Below, piece after piece: positions 37,794-47,972 of a DNA stretch of 64,000 nucleotides (position 1 is its first letter; every line of letters starts with the position of its first letter). The stretch covers positions 1,348,914 to 1,412,913 of the forward strand of contig OZ243975.1 in NCBI GenBank assembly GCA_965214785.1, given 5' to 3'. This DNA is from Arenicellales bacterium (GTDB lineage: Bacteria; Pseudomonadota; Gammaproteobacteria; Arenicellales; JAJDZL01). Made by a program: the position numbers and the translations under genes. The notes under the pieces are model-generated. The model saw only the letters and a list, made by a program, of their open reading frames with translations, did no database searches and had not been told where the DNA came from.

Positions 37794-38621
37794 TCAGTCA
37801 GTGTTTTTCTGTCTGCCTTGCATCTGCCGGGCCACACCTTCCATCAACGAGGCTACACCACCGAGCGACCAGCCACCATCGACAGGCATCACAGCACCGG
37901 TAATATAGTCCGCGTATTCAGAAGCAAGAAACATCGCTGCGCGGCCGATATCCGAGGTTACTCCCAGTCTTTTGAGCGGAACCGACTCGGTAACCTCGTC
38001 CAGCAAATCCTGTGATGGCGCCAAACGACGCATGCCTTCTGTATCCTTTATTGGGCCTGGAACAATCGAATTGACGCGGATTCCATCGCCACCCCACTCC
38101 ATCGCAAGGGTACGTGTAATCATGTCGACGCCAGCTTTAGCGGCACAAACATGCGATTGTAAAATCATCGGCACAAACGCTTGAGGTGCCGATATATTGA
38201 CGACCGAAGCACCGGGCTTCTTTAGATGCGGATATGCACTGCGCATGACATGAAATGTTCCCAATAGGTCAATATTGACCACCGCAGCGAAACCGTTGGT
38301 TGACATGTCCGAAGCTTTGGCCGGAAAATTACCGGCGGCACCGGATATCAACACATCGAATTGACCAAAGCGTTCGGAAAATTGCGAAAGAGCCAAGTCA
38401 ACGGCTTGGTAATCGCGCACATCAGCAATGCATCCGACCGCATCGCTTCCGAATTGTTTCAAGATGGAAACGGCTTGATTGACTTTTTTCTCTGAGCGGC
38501 TGATCACCGCGAGATTCGCGCCGGCGCGCGCGAAATCGCACGCGACTCCAAGATTAATACCGCTGGTGCCCCCGACAACGATGACGGTTGCCCCGGTAAA
38601 ATCAAAAACCGGTGACTTCAC
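37794..38621 (-). CDS. short-chain dehydrogenase/reductase (2,4-dienoyl-CoA reductase-like)
   Basis: 275 aa. VVGGTSGINLG cofactor motif, and the active-site region ...SAPQAFVPMILQSHVCAAKAGVD. Confidence 0.85.
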   Translation of the reverse strand: MKSPVFDFTGATVIVVGGTSGINLGVACDFARAGANLAVISRSEKKVNQAVSILKQFGSDAVGCIADVRDYQAVDLALSQFSERFGQFDVLISGAAGNFPAKASDMSTNGFAAVVNIDLLGTFHVMRSAYPHLKKPGASVVNISAPQAFVPMILQSHVCAAKAGVDMITRTLAMEWGGDGIRVNSIVPGPIKDTEGMRRLAPSQDLLDEVTESVPLKRLGVTSDIGRAAMFLASEYADYITGAVMPVDGGWSLGGVASLMEGVARQMQGRQKNTD

Positions 38622-38692
38622 TTAAACAATGCGAAAAGACAGGTTCGATTATTCCTGCAGACAATCGATGAAATAAACTCAGCGAAGGAGTT

Positions 38693-38857
38693 CTACGAAG
38701 TCTCAGAGGAAGATGTTCTGGCATTGAGAATCAGGTAAACAATACTGATCACAACACCCCAGTAAGCAACGTTGTTGACGAAGCTGTCTAAAAACACGTC
38801 GAATGTAGAAAGAATAATGCAACTTACAACTGCTGCCGCGCCTAACAGGAATTTCAT
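38693..38857 (-). CDS. hypothetical small membrane protein (54 aa, two predicted TM helices)
   Basis: Absent from the ORF track. MKFLLGAAAVVSCIILSTFDVFLDSFVNNVAYWGVVISIVYLILNARTSSSETS. GAGGA lies 6 nt upstream of the ATG. Confidence 0.4.
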   Translation of the reverse strand: MKFLLGAAAVVSCIILSTFDVFLDSFVNNVAYWGVVISIVYLILNARTSSSETS

Positions 38858-38859
38858 GG

Positions 38860-39084
38860 TTAATCCTCGATTTGATCAGTGAATGTGCTTCGTTTGGTGA
38901 AGCACGTACAGAATTTTAACAAACTCTCACGGTCTGTACCGCCAGTTAATTCACCTGCGCTGGCGCCATCGAACTTAGCGCGATCGATTAAAAACGACTG
39001 ACAATTTTCTTTAAAATCGGCGAATGGGATAGAATTTATCGATTGTGTAGTCGTGTCATGTTTAATCTCACGCAAGTTTTGCAA
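38860..39084 (-). CDS. hypothetical protein (74 aa), start uncertain (TTG)
   Basis: The ORF ends 2 nt before the small membrane ORF. I recognise no family, and the start overlaps the divergent TauD-like upstream region. Confidence 0.3.
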   Translation of the reverse strand: MQNLREIKHDTTTQSINSIPFADFKENCQSFLIDRAKFDGASAGELTGGTDRESLLKFCTCFTKRSTFTDQIED

Positions 39085-39106
39085 ACCGATTTTCCTATTT
39101 AAAAAA

Positions 39107-40105
39107 ATGAATGTCCTTGATCTTTCCCATGAAGTCAGCCCAGAGCAACTCAGCTGTCAGGTAAACCATTCGCTGGCCTGGACTCGGGATGACATCAATC
39201 CACAAGACTGCGTCATGCCAATTGACGAAACAGTGCGTCAGGAATTGTTGCAAATGGCAGATGCAATCGCTGACAATCCGCTTCCCACAGTGCTTCGAAA
39301 TCCAGACCAGTTTAACTTTCCACAAACTCGACAACTGATGAATGAAGTCAAAGCCAGGCTGAATTCCCCGCCCGGTGTCGTCGTGCTCGAGTCAATTCCT
39401 CTCGACAAATTAACAACTGAACAGGCAATCGATATGTTCTGGATAATCGGACAGATTATCGGGCGAAATGTCGCCCAGAAATGGGACGGAACCATGGTCT
39501 ATCACGTTCGCGATACCGGTCAGCAATACCGCTACGGTGTGCGCGGTTCATACACCAAAGTAGAACTTTTGTTCCACAACGACAATGCGTTTGGCAAGGC
39601 ACTGCCCCACTACGTCGGCCTGATGTGCCTGCAGCCATCACTGGAAGGTGGCTTGAGCCGATTCTGCAGCTTGTATTCAGTGCACAATCGTCTATTAGAC
39701 AAATATCCGCAGCAACTTCGCCGTCTCTATCAACCCGTATTGTGGGACCGTCAAGCAGAACATGCGCAAGGTGAACCTGTAACCGTTAAGGCACCGGTTT
39801 TTCGCTATGAAAACGAAAGGCTTTTCACGCGCGCCAACCCCAGCCTGATCGTCAAAGGCTATGAGGTTGCACAAGTAAATATGGACAGCGAAACGCACGA
39901 TGCGGTCGCGGCAATGAAGGAAATCTCCGAACAGCAGTCCCTTTGGTTCGAACTGCCTTTAGAAACAGGACATGTTCAATACCTAAACAACACTGACATC
40001 GCACACTATCGAAGCCAAATTGTCGATCATCCTGAACCTGAAAAAAAGCGCCATTTGGTGCGATTATGGCATCGTGACTCAGGGCGAATATGCTACGACG
40101 GTTAA
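39107..40105 (+). CDS. TauD/TfdA-family Fe(II)/2-oxoglutarate-dependent dioxygenase
   Basis: About 332 aa from MNVLDLSHEV. HxD motif in ELLFHNDNAF, a distal His in DIAHYRS, and Arg in RHLVRLW. Overall clavaminate-synthase-like pattern. Confidence 0.7.
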   Translation: MNVLDLSHEVSPEQLSCQVNHSLAWTRDDINPQDCVMPIDETVRQELLQMADAIADNPLPTVLRNPDQFNFPQTRQLMNEVKARLNSPPGVVVLESIPLDKLTTEQAIDMFWIIGQIIGRNVAQKWDGTMVYHVRDTGQQYRYGVRGSYTKVELLFHNDNAFGKALPHYVGLMCLQPSLEGGLSRFCSLYSVHNRLLDKYPQQLRRLYQPVLWDRQAEHAQGEPVTVKAPVFRYENERLFTRANPSLIVKGYEVAQVNMDSETHDAVAAMKEISEQQSLWFELPLETGHVQYLNNTDIAHYRSQIVDHPEPEKKRHLVRLWHRDSGRICYDG

Positions 40106-40123
40106 CTGCCAACCGATACCCTT

Positions 40124-40870
40124 ATGACAGCTCTGAGCGTTAATCTTAATAAAATAGCATTGCTGCGAAACTCCCGGGGAATGGATTTCCCGAACGTTGT
40201 CAATTTTGCAAAACTGTGCATCCGTTATGGTGCGGACGGCATCACCATCCACCCGCGTCCTGACCAGCGTCACGCGACTTATCAAGACGTAAAGGATTTA
40301 TCTCGTTTATGCAATCAACACCCGCATGTTGAGTTCAATATTGAGGGGTATCCAACTGCAGATTTCCTAAAGGTCGTAAAGGATGCCAAACCTGACCAAT
40401 GCACACTCGTCCCTGACGCACCGGACCAGATTACATCCGATCACGGATGGGATACACGATCAGAAAGTCATTTTTTAAGGTCCATCATCGCGAACCTCAA
40501 AGGCCACGGCATCCGAACCAGTGTATTTCTTGACCCTGACCCGGAAATGATTGCGTCAGCATCTGAATGTGGAACAGATCGAATCGAACTGTACACCGAA
40601 GAATATGCAAAATGCTACGGCAGTGAAAAACACCGCAATACCTTTCGAAAATACGCAGATACCGCCAGTGCAGCGCAGCTCGCGGGACTTGGCGTAAATG
40701 CCGGACATGATTTGAATCAGCAAAATCTCGGAACTTTTCTGACAATACCTGGCATTGTTGAGGTGTCAATTGGGCACGCACTGACTGTCGAAGCATTGCT
40801 CAATGGATATGAATCCACAATTCGCGCTTATGTTTCAATCGTTCGCGCCGCCAAATCAGCAAATGCTTGA
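40124..40870 (+). CDS. pdxJ: pyridoxine 5'-phosphate synthase
   Basis: 248 aa. LSVNLNKIALLRNSRG, GADGITIHPRPDQRH and VNAGHDL motifs. Confidence 0.9.
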   Translation: MTALSVNLNKIALLRNSRGMDFPNVVNFAKLCIRYGADGITIHPRPDQRHATYQDVKDLSRLCNQHPHVEFNIEGYPTADFLKVVKDAKPDQCTLVPDAPDQITSDHGWDTRSESHFLRSIIANLKGHGIRTSVFLDPDPEMIASASECGTDRIELYTEEYAKCYGSEKHRNTFRKYADTASAAQLAGLGVNAGHDLNQQNLGTFLTIPGIVEVSIGHALTVEALLNGYESTIRAYVSIVRAAKSANA

Positions 40871-40882
40871 ACCACTGCACCT

Positions 40883-41758
40883 TCAAATGTAGTAATGCTG
40901 CAAGCGAGCGTTTTCATCGTACGCAACTACGTGTTGCGTTTGCACTCCCAATCCATCGATACCCAACTTTACTTGATCTCCGGGTTTTAGAAATATCGGT
41001 GGATTCATGGCGAATCCAACACCTGACGGCGTACCGGTCAACAACAGATCACCTGGCAACAATGTCATAAACCGACTGACATAACTGATCAGATGGGCAA
41101 CACCGAAGATCATATCGTCTGTATTGCCATCCTGATAACGATGATGATTGACCTCCAGCCATAGCCGCAGGTTCTGCGGATCTGGCACTTCGTCAGGTGT
41201 GACCAAATATGGACCCAACGGACAAAATGAATCTGCACTCTTACCCTTTACCCATTGCCCGGTGCCCTCGGTTTGAAATTCTCGTTCCGACACATCGTTT
41301 GCAATGCAATAACCTGCGACATAATTCAATGCGTCTTGTTCATCAATATATCTTGCGGTTTTCCCAATCACAACAGCAAGTTCAGTTTCCCAATCAGTCT
41401 TCACACTGTCCTTGGGAATTATGAGGGAGTCGTCAGGTCCGGTTACCGAAGTCGGTGCCTTCATAAATATGATGGGTTCTGCTGGAATTTTCAGACTCGC
41501 TTCTTGTGCATGCAACCGGTAATTCAGTCCAATGCAAACGACCTTGCCGACTTTGCCGAGCGGTGGACCAATGCGCTGCTTCGCAGTGACTAACGGCAAC
41601 TGGCTAACATCAAGCTCGCCGAGGCTGGCAAATTCTTGCGAACCCACACAAAACCTGTCAATGTCCGATATTTCGCCAGATAAATCGCGAATTCGTTGAT
41701 CTTGATCCAGTATGCCAGGCGACTCAGAGCCGCTTGGTCCATATCGAAGAAGTTTCAT
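40883..41758 (-). CDS. fumarylacetoacetate hydrolase (FAH) family protein
   Basis: 291 aa. KVVCIGLNY, ELAVVIG and LLLTGTPSGVG motifs. Confidence 0.85.
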   Translation of the reverse strand: MKLLRYGPSGSESPGILDQDQRIRDLSGEISDIDRFCVGSQEFASLGELDVSQLPLVTAKQRIGPPLGKVGKVVCIGLNYRLHAQEASLKIPAEPIIFMKAPTSVTGPDDSLIIPKDSVKTDWETELAVVIGKTARYIDEQDALNYVAGYCIANDVSEREFQTEGTGQWVKGKSADSFCPLGPYLVTPDEVPDPQNLRLWLEVNHHRYQDGNTDDMIFGVAHLISYVSRFMTLLPGDLLLTGTPSGVGFAMNPPIFLKPGDQVKLGIDGLGVQTQHVVAYDENARLQHYYI

Positions 41759-41850
41759 TTTTTCTCCTTCAAGTGAATTGATGAACTTAAGTATATAAAG
41801 GCGCGTATTATCACCTGTAATCCCAAATCGGTGTGTGAGTTTTTACAAGA

Positions 41851-44193
41851 TCAAGCAGTGCGGCTTTGTGCCTCGCGAAGTTTTTTGATTGTGCGCCATA
41901 TTTTTTCTGGCATAGCTGGCATCTGTATGTTTGCGGCTGTGTGCAAAGACGAAGACAGTGCGTTTTCAATTGCATTGATGACTGCAGCAGGTGCCCCGAT
42001 GATACCTGTTTCGCCGACTCCTTTTACGCCGACAGGATTCGCATCTGTGCGAATCGGATTGACATCCGTGTCAAAAGACGGCATATCATCGGCTCTTGGA
42101 ATCGCATAGTCAAGGAAACTGCCACTGAGCAGTTGGCCATTGTCAAGGTCGTATTGTGCTTTTTCCAAAACGGCGTGTCCAATGCCATGGGCGATGCCGC
42201 CGTGTACCTGGCCATCGACAATGAGAGGATTGAAAATCACTCCAGGATCACTGACTGCCCAAAAGTGTTCGATGAATACCTGTCCGGTTTCGATGTCCAC
42301 CTCAACCTCACATGCTTGTGCGCCACTGGCATAAATACGCTCTGAAACGAAATATTCTTGCGATGCGACCACAGATTCACCATTTTGCCTGGCTGACCGT
42401 GCAATTTCAAATAAGGATATATTGCGATCGGTTCCAGCTACGCTGAAACAACCTGACCTGTATTCGATATCTTCGATCGCCACTTCAAGTAGTTGTGATG
42501 CGAACTTGTGTCCAATTTCGAGCAGTATTTCAGCGCTTTGAAACAAAGCTGACCCACCGATTTGCAACGAACGCGATGCGTGAGAACCCGCACCCTGTCT
42601 TACTTTATCGGTGTCGCTGTCAACAATTCGAATTCGCTGCAGTGGGAGCTTAAGCTTGCTCGCCAAAAGTTGAGCAAATACGGTTTCGTGACCCATACCC
42701 GTAGACTTGGTACCGACGCGTGCCTCCACAATATCGCCGATAACTTCGATCTGTGCAAACTCATTGGGCGTCCCACCGACACTGTCAATGAACACAGAGT
42801 ATCCAATTCCTCGCATCTTTGCGTTTTTCTTTGACTTGTGGCATCTTTGGACAAACCCTTGCAAGTCCATCATTGCCACTAGAGTGTCAATATTGCCGTG
42901 GATATCTGCGGCACTGTAATTCGCATCTGTAGGCGTTGTCCATGGCATTTGAGACTGGGCGATCAGGTTCATTCTTCTGAACTCAAGCGGGTCAATTTTC
43001 AACCGCTGCGCGGCTCGTTCGACAACTCTTTCCAGAGCATACGAAGTCTCTGCTCTGGCAACGCCTCGAAATGCAGCGATCGGCGCAGTGTTGGAAAACA
43101 CCCCTTTGAGCTCGTAATGCGCAGCTTCAAACTGGTATACACCGCACATCATCAAATACATGTATGATGAGTGCAGCCAGACACTGCGCGGATGTAAATA
43201 AGCTCCAAGTCGCCATCGACTCGACAACCGAACCGCTGTCATGCGGTGATCTTCGTTTATCGCCAATGTGATGGTCATCGACTGATCTCTGGATTGGGTG
43301 TCGGTGGCGAAACACTCCGATCGATCTGCAAGCCACTTCACCGGACAGCCAGTCATGCGTGCCATCAAAGCGGCTACTGCATACTCTGGATAAGGAAATG
43401 TTCTAGCTCCGAATCCTCCACCAGTGTCGGGTGAAATGACTCGAACCGCGTCAACCGCCACCCCCATCATTTCAGCAATTCCCGTCCGGTGCCACTGTGG
43501 TGATTGACCACCGCAGTGGATTTCAAACTTTCCACCAGCGCTGTCGTATCGAGCAAGTACTGCTTTTGGCTCCATATAGGCAACTGCGTGGCGCGGAAAT
43601 TCAACATCCATGGAAACGACCATCGCTGCCTTACAAATCGCTTCATCGACTTTTGTTTCATCACCGCTTTTAAGATCAACACAAACGTTGCTGTCGAGCT
43701 CCTCCCAGATCGGAGGTGCGTCAGTCGAAACTGCGTCTTGGAAATCAATAACTGACGGCAGCGGCTCATATTCGATCATGACCGCTTCAGCGGCGTCCAT
43801 CGCCTCTGCTGCGCACTTTGCTACAACAACCGCAACCGGTTCACCGACAAATCGCACTTTACCACTTGCCAATGGCCAGCGTCGCACGTCAGGTAATAAA
43901 CGGTTGCCGCGATTTCGAACTAAGAATTGTTCGCTATGCGTCAGTGGATCAATCGGTTTTAAGCCTTCGGTTTGTAGAGTTCCACAATCTGCAAATGCTA
44001 TTACGCCTGGCATCTGAGCGGCGGCGCTGCCATCAATCGATCCGATGCGCGCATGCGCATAGGGACTGCGCACGAAGACCGCGTGAAGGGTACCCGGAAT
44101 CGAAAAATCGTCTGTATAGTTGCCTTGACCGCGTAAGAAGCGTTCGTCTTCAAGGCGTTGAACTGGTTTGCCGATGAAGTTGGTTGATGACAT
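41851..44193 (-). CDS. molybdopterin-binding large subunit of the xanthine dehydrogenase / aldehyde oxidase / CoxL family
   Basis: 780 aa. N-terminal a/b-hammerhead region (GKPVQRLEDERFLRGQGNYTDD), GGGFGAR, AAFRGVARAE and a C-terminal Mo-cofactor-binding region. Confidence 0.85.
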   Translation of the reverse strand: MSSTNFIGKPVQRLEDERFLRGQGNYTDDFSIPGTLHAVFVRSPYAHARIGSIDGSAAAQMPGVIAFADCGTLQTEGLKPIDPLTHSEQFLVRNRGNRLLPDVRRWPLASGKVRFVGEPVAVVVAKCAAEAMDAAEAVMIEYEPLPSVIDFQDAVSTDAPPIWEELDSNVCVDLKSGDETKVDEAICKAAMVVSMDVEFPRHAVAYMEPKAVLARYDSAGGKFEIHCGGQSPQWHRTGIAEMMGVAVDAVRVISPDTGGGFGARTFPYPEYAVAALMARMTGCPVKWLADRSECFATDTQSRDQSMTITLAINEDHRMTAVRLSSRWRLGAYLHPRSVWLHSSYMYLMMCGVYQFEAAHYELKGVFSNTAPIAAFRGVARAETSYALERVVERAAQRLKIDPLEFRRMNLIAQSQMPWTTPTDANYSAADIHGNIDTLVAMMDLQGFVQRCHKSKKNAKMRGIGYSVFIDSVGGTPNEFAQIEVIGDIVEARVGTKSTGMGHETVFAQLLASKLKLPLQRIRIVDSDTDKVRQGAGSHASRSLQIGGSALFQSAEILLEIGHKFASQLLEVAIEDIEYRSGCFSVAGTDRNISLFEIARSARQNGESVVASQEYFVSERIYASGAQACEVEVDIETGQVFIEHFWAVSDPGVIFNPLIVDGQVHGGIAHGIGHAVLEKAQYDLDNGQLLSGSFLDYAIPRADDMPSFDTDVNPIRTDANPVGVKGVGETGIIGAPAAVINAIENALSSSLHTAANIQMPAMPEKIWRTIKKLREAQSRTA

Positions 44194-44259
44194 TGACTGT
44201 CGAAGTGTGCAGCGTTTTTAACTGTCTTTAGTGAATGCCTGTTACAGGTAGACCACTGA

Positions 44260-45135
44260 TTAGCCCAATTCATCAAGCAATTTTTTTACTTGCTTTTTTA
44301 ATTCTTCTTGGGCAAAGGCATAGGCAATATTGGCCGCGATGTAACCGGCTTTGTTTCCGCAGTCATAGCGAGTACCGCGGAATATCAAACCGTGTACTGA
44401 CTGACGCGAGGCCAGAAAGTTGATCGCATCTGTCAGTTGAATTTCTCCACCAAAACCGGTTTTCTGCGACCTTAAAACGTCAAACACATCTTTGCTGAGT
44501 ATATATCGGCCAATGGCAGCGAGATTCGATGGTGCTGACTTAGGTTCAGGTTTCTCGACCACCCCCTCGACTTCGACCATTGCACCATCGATGTTCTTAG
44601 GTGTCACAATTCCATAACGGTTAACAAATTCGGGTTCAACTTCTTCGATTGCAAGCATTACTCCACCTGTGAGTTTGTGTGCATCGGTCATCTGGTGCAT
44701 ACATTGCTGGTCTGACAAGATCAGGTCATCAGGCAATATCACCGCAAATTCGTTTTCCTCTACATACTGTTCGGCACACAGTACTGCGTGACCTAAACCT
44801 AAAGGCTTGTCTTGCAGAGCAAAACTAATCGACTTCGGTGCAAGGCTGTTTTCCCTGATAGCGTTTAATTCAACACGTCTGTTTTTTTTCGTCAGCAACG
44901 CCTCAAGCGAAGGGTTTGAACCAAAATGCCTTACCACTAGCGAATCCTCGCAAATCTGCGGCACCACAAATATGAATTTTTCGATCCCTGCCGCTTTTGC
45001 TTCGCCCACAGCGTATTCGATCAGTGGTTTGTCAACGACTGGCAGCATTTCTTTCGAAATGGCTTTCGTAGCCGGCAAAAATCGCGTGCCTAAACCTGCT
45101 ATCGGGAAAATGACTGTTTTGATGTCTGAACTCAT
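44260..45135 (-). CDS. galU: UTP--glucose-1-phosphate uridylyltransferase
   Basis: 291 aa. The FPIAGLGTRFLPATKAISKEMLPVVDKPLI N-terminus is typical of GalU. Confidence 0.9.
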   Translation of the reverse strand: MSSDIKTVIFPIAGLGTRFLPATKAISKEMLPVVDKPLIEYAVGEAKAAGIEKFIFVVPQICEDSLVVRHFGSNPSLEALLTKKNRRVELNAIRENSLAPKSISFALQDKPLGLGHAVLCAEQYVEENEFAVILPDDLILSDQQCMHQMTDAHKLTGGVMLAIEEVEPEFVNRYGIVTPKNIDGAMVEVEGVVEKPEPKSAPSNLAAIGRYILSKDVFDVLRSQKTGFGGEIQLTDAINFLASRQSVHGLIFRGTRYDCGNKAGYIAANIAYAFAQEELKKQVKKLLDELG

Positions 45136-45336
45136 GAATCGTCGAAATTGTGGTATCCAGTTGAAACTCTATGCAAATTGATCTGGGTAATCGAGGTGAG
45201 AAAAATCAAATTTACTGCGAATTTTGAAAATTCGACTCATTTGAACCAATAAACCACTTGAATTATCGCAAACAGTACTTATTTACGTTGGGAATTTGTC
45301 ATTTTTTTAACCATCGTTGTTATTGGAGTAATTTGA

Positions 45337-47271
45337 ATGTCTAATGAAGTTCCTGCACAACAAGTAGATTCAGACAACACCATTACATTTCAGGCAGAAG
45401 TCCAGCAATTGCTGAATCTGGTGATACATTCACTGTATTCAGATAAGGAGGTATTCCTGCGCGAATTGATATCGAACGCTTCTGACGCCTGCGACCGTTT
45501 GCGATTTGAATCGTTAACAGACAAGTCCATGCGCGAAGCCGAACAAGACGCAGCGATCCATATTGAAGTTGACAAAAGAGGCAAAAAAATTGTCATCACC
45601 GACAACGGTATCGGCATGTCGAAAGACGAGGTTGTGCAAAACATCGGAACGATCGCACGTTCTGGCACAAAACGTTTTATGGAAACACTTTCGGGCGAAC
45701 AAAGTGACGATGCCCGTCTGATCGGGCAGTTCGGTGTCGGTTTTTATTCTGCGTTCATGGTCGCTGAGAAAGTTGAACTTTGCACCCGACGCGCCGGTCA
45801 ACCGCCTGAGACTGGAGTTCGCTGGGAGTCTGACGGTGTCAGCGGCTATACCATCGACAACGAAACCATCGAAAACTGCGGCACCGCGATTACGCTGACA
45901 CTCAGAAAAGATGCCAAAGAGTTTCTTGAGCTCTACACAGTCAGAAACATCATCAAAAAATACTCTGACCATGTCTCCATCCCTGTTTTGATTCGCGAAA
46001 AGCCGAAAAAGAAAGAAACAGGACAATGGGAAACTGCAAACGCTGTTTCGGCATTATGGACACGTGCGAGAAAAGATATCTCACAAGACGAATACGACAA
46101 CTTTTACCAAACGCTGACTTTTGACCCCGAAAAACCTCTCGCGACAACCCATACGCGGGTGGAAGGTAAAATGGAGTATTCAGCTTTGCTGTACATCCCT
46201 TCGAAGGTTTCGCCATTTGAATTCTTTGATCCCGACCGACGCAAGGGGATTAAATTGTATGTACGGCGCATCTACATCATGGATGACACCGAGAACCTTA
46301 TGCCGGGGTATTTGCGCTTTGTTCGCGGTGTGATTGATTCCGATGATTTGCCTCTCAACGTTTCGCGCGAATTTTTACAAAAAAACAAACAGGTCGAACG
46401 AATTCGAAACGGACTGGTTAAAAAAATTCTTAACGAATTAAAGCGACTGGCACAAAAAGACTCGGACAAATACCAGACCTTCTGGCAGGAATTCGGCCGT
46501 GTATTCAAAGAAGGCCTCACCGAAGACCCGAGCAACAAGGACACGCTGGCAAACCTGCTTCGTTTTGCTTCGACAAAAAGCGATGGACAAAGTCAGTCAG
46601 TATCGCTTCGCGAATATATCGATCGTATTGCCGACAAACAAGATGCAATCTACTACCTCACAGCTGACAGTTACGCATCAGCTGTAGGTTCACCTCATCT
46701 GGAAGTATTTCGCAAGCACGATGTTGAAGTACTGCTTCTAACTGATCCGGTCGATGAATGGGTTGTCATGCATTTAACTGATTTTGCAGAAAAACCGCTT
46801 AAATCCATCGCAAAAGGTGACCTGACACTCGATTGGCTTGATGAACAGATAAAGACACCTGTCAGCAAAGAATCAGATGAAAAAATCCAAGCCTTGGTAA
46901 ACCGGCTGAAGACTTCCCTGGAAGGGCGAGCAGAAGATGTTCGAGTGACAGCAAGACTGACTGATTCTCCAGCATGTCTTGTCGCGACCAGTGAATTCGA
47001 ACTCAGTCGTCATATGACCCGGATTCTGAAAGCTTCCGGTCAAGACGCACCGGAGGCAAAATCGGTGCTGGAAATCAATCCAGAACATCCGCTTATCGAG
47101 CATCTGGTGAACAACGACGACAGCGTTGATGATTGGGCACACGTGCTGTTTGATCAAGCAACATTAAGCGAAGGTGCGCCGCTGGAAAAACCAGCCGACT
47201 ATGTGAGACGAATCAATTCGCTGCTTACAGGTTCAATTGCACAGCAAAGTTCAGTTATTATTACTCCGTAA
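45337..47271 (+). CDS. htpG: molecular chaperone HtpG (Hsp90)
   Basis: 644 aa. FQAEVQQLLNLVIHSLYSDKEVFLRELISNASDA and GQFGVGFYSAF motifs. Confidence 0.97.
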   Translation: MSNEVPAQQVDSDNTITFQAEVQQLLNLVIHSLYSDKEVFLRELISNASDACDRLRFESLTDKSMREAEQDAAIHIEVDKRGKKIVITDNGIGMSKDEVVQNIGTIARSGTKRFMETLSGEQSDDARLIGQFGVGFYSAFMVAEKVELCTRRAGQPPETGVRWESDGVSGYTIDNETIENCGTAITLTLRKDAKEFLELYTVRNIIKKYSDHVSIPVLIREKPKKKETGQWETANAVSALWTRARKDISQDEYDNFYQTLTFDPEKPLATTHTRVEGKMEYSALLYIPSKVSPFEFFDPDRRKGIKLYVRRIYIMDDTENLMPGYLRFVRGVIDSDDLPLNVSREFLQKNKQVERIRNGLVKKILNELKRLAQKDSDKYQTFWQEFGRVFKEGLTEDPSNKDTLANLLRFASTKSDGQSQSVSLREYIDRIADKQDAIYYLTADSYASAVGSPHLEVFRKHDVEVLLLTDPVDEWVVMHLTDFAEKPLKSIAKGDLTLDWLDEQIKTPVSKESDEKIQALVNRLKTSLEGRAEDVRVTARLTDSPACLVATSEFELSRHMTRILKASGQDAPEAKSVLEINPEHPLIEHLVNNDDSVDDWAHVLFDQATLSEGAPLEKPADYVRRINSLLTGSIAQQSSVIITP

Positions 47272-47319
47272 ATCCGTGTCGGTGTTGCAATTTATATGCA
47301 TCAACGATTATCTTGAGCA

Positions 47320-47348
47320 TTGCACACGCGCAGCCCACACTCTATAAT
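47320..47348 (+). promoter_or_regulatory. candidate sigma70 promoter of the tRNA operon
   Basis: TTGCAC (47320-47325), a 17-nt spacer, then TATAAT (47343-47348). A GC-rich discriminator CCGCACCGCC follows, about 65 nt upstream of tRNA-Pro. Confidence 0.55.
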
Positions 47349-47412
47349 CCGCACCGCCTGCTAAAACAAGCAAAGGTCTGGATATCTGAAGCTTGTTTGG
47401 CGGTATCGAATG

Positions 47413-47489
47413 CGGGGTATGGCGCAGTCTGGTAGCGCATCTGCTTTGGGAGCAGAGGGCCGGGGGTTCGAATCCCTCTACCCCGACCA
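47413..47489 (+). tRNA. tRNA-Pro (anticodon UGG)
   Basis: Cloverleaf folded by hand. Acceptor CGGGGTA/TACCCCG, D arm GCGC-AGTCTGGTA-GCGC, anticodon arm TCTGC-TTTGGGA-GCAGA, T arm GGGGG-TTCGAAT-CCCTC, and an encoded CCA. Confidence 0.95.
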
Positions 47490-47499
47490 GTGTTTTGTT

Positions 47500-47810
<311 letters not shown>

Positions 47811-47861
47811 ATTTGGTGTTGAAACTTATCTTGTGTTTCTCAACCAAATGATAATGATTGT

Positions 47862-47938
47862 GGTGGGCGTAGCTCAGCAGGTAGAGCCCTGGATTGTGGT
47901 TCCAGTCGTCGTGGGTTCGAGTCCCATCGTCCACCCCA
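47862..47938 (+). tRNA. tRNA-His (anticodon GUG) with encoded G-1
   Basis: An extra 5' G pairs with C73. Acceptor GTGGGCG/CGTCCAC, anticodon arm CTGGA-TTGTGGT-TCCAG, T arm GTGGG-TTCGAGT-CCCAT, and an encoded CCA. Confidence 0.95.
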
Positions 47939-47972
47939 ATTCCCTGTTTTTTTACCAACCGCGGTCCGGACA

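Noticed and set aside
45257-45285. A possible sigma32 heat-shock promoter upstream of htpG (CTTGAA at 45257-45262, then ACTTATTTA 15 nt later).
   Set aside because: The -35 element matches the CTTGAAA consensus, but the -10 element is a poor match to CCCCATNT. The evidence is too weak to report as a feature.
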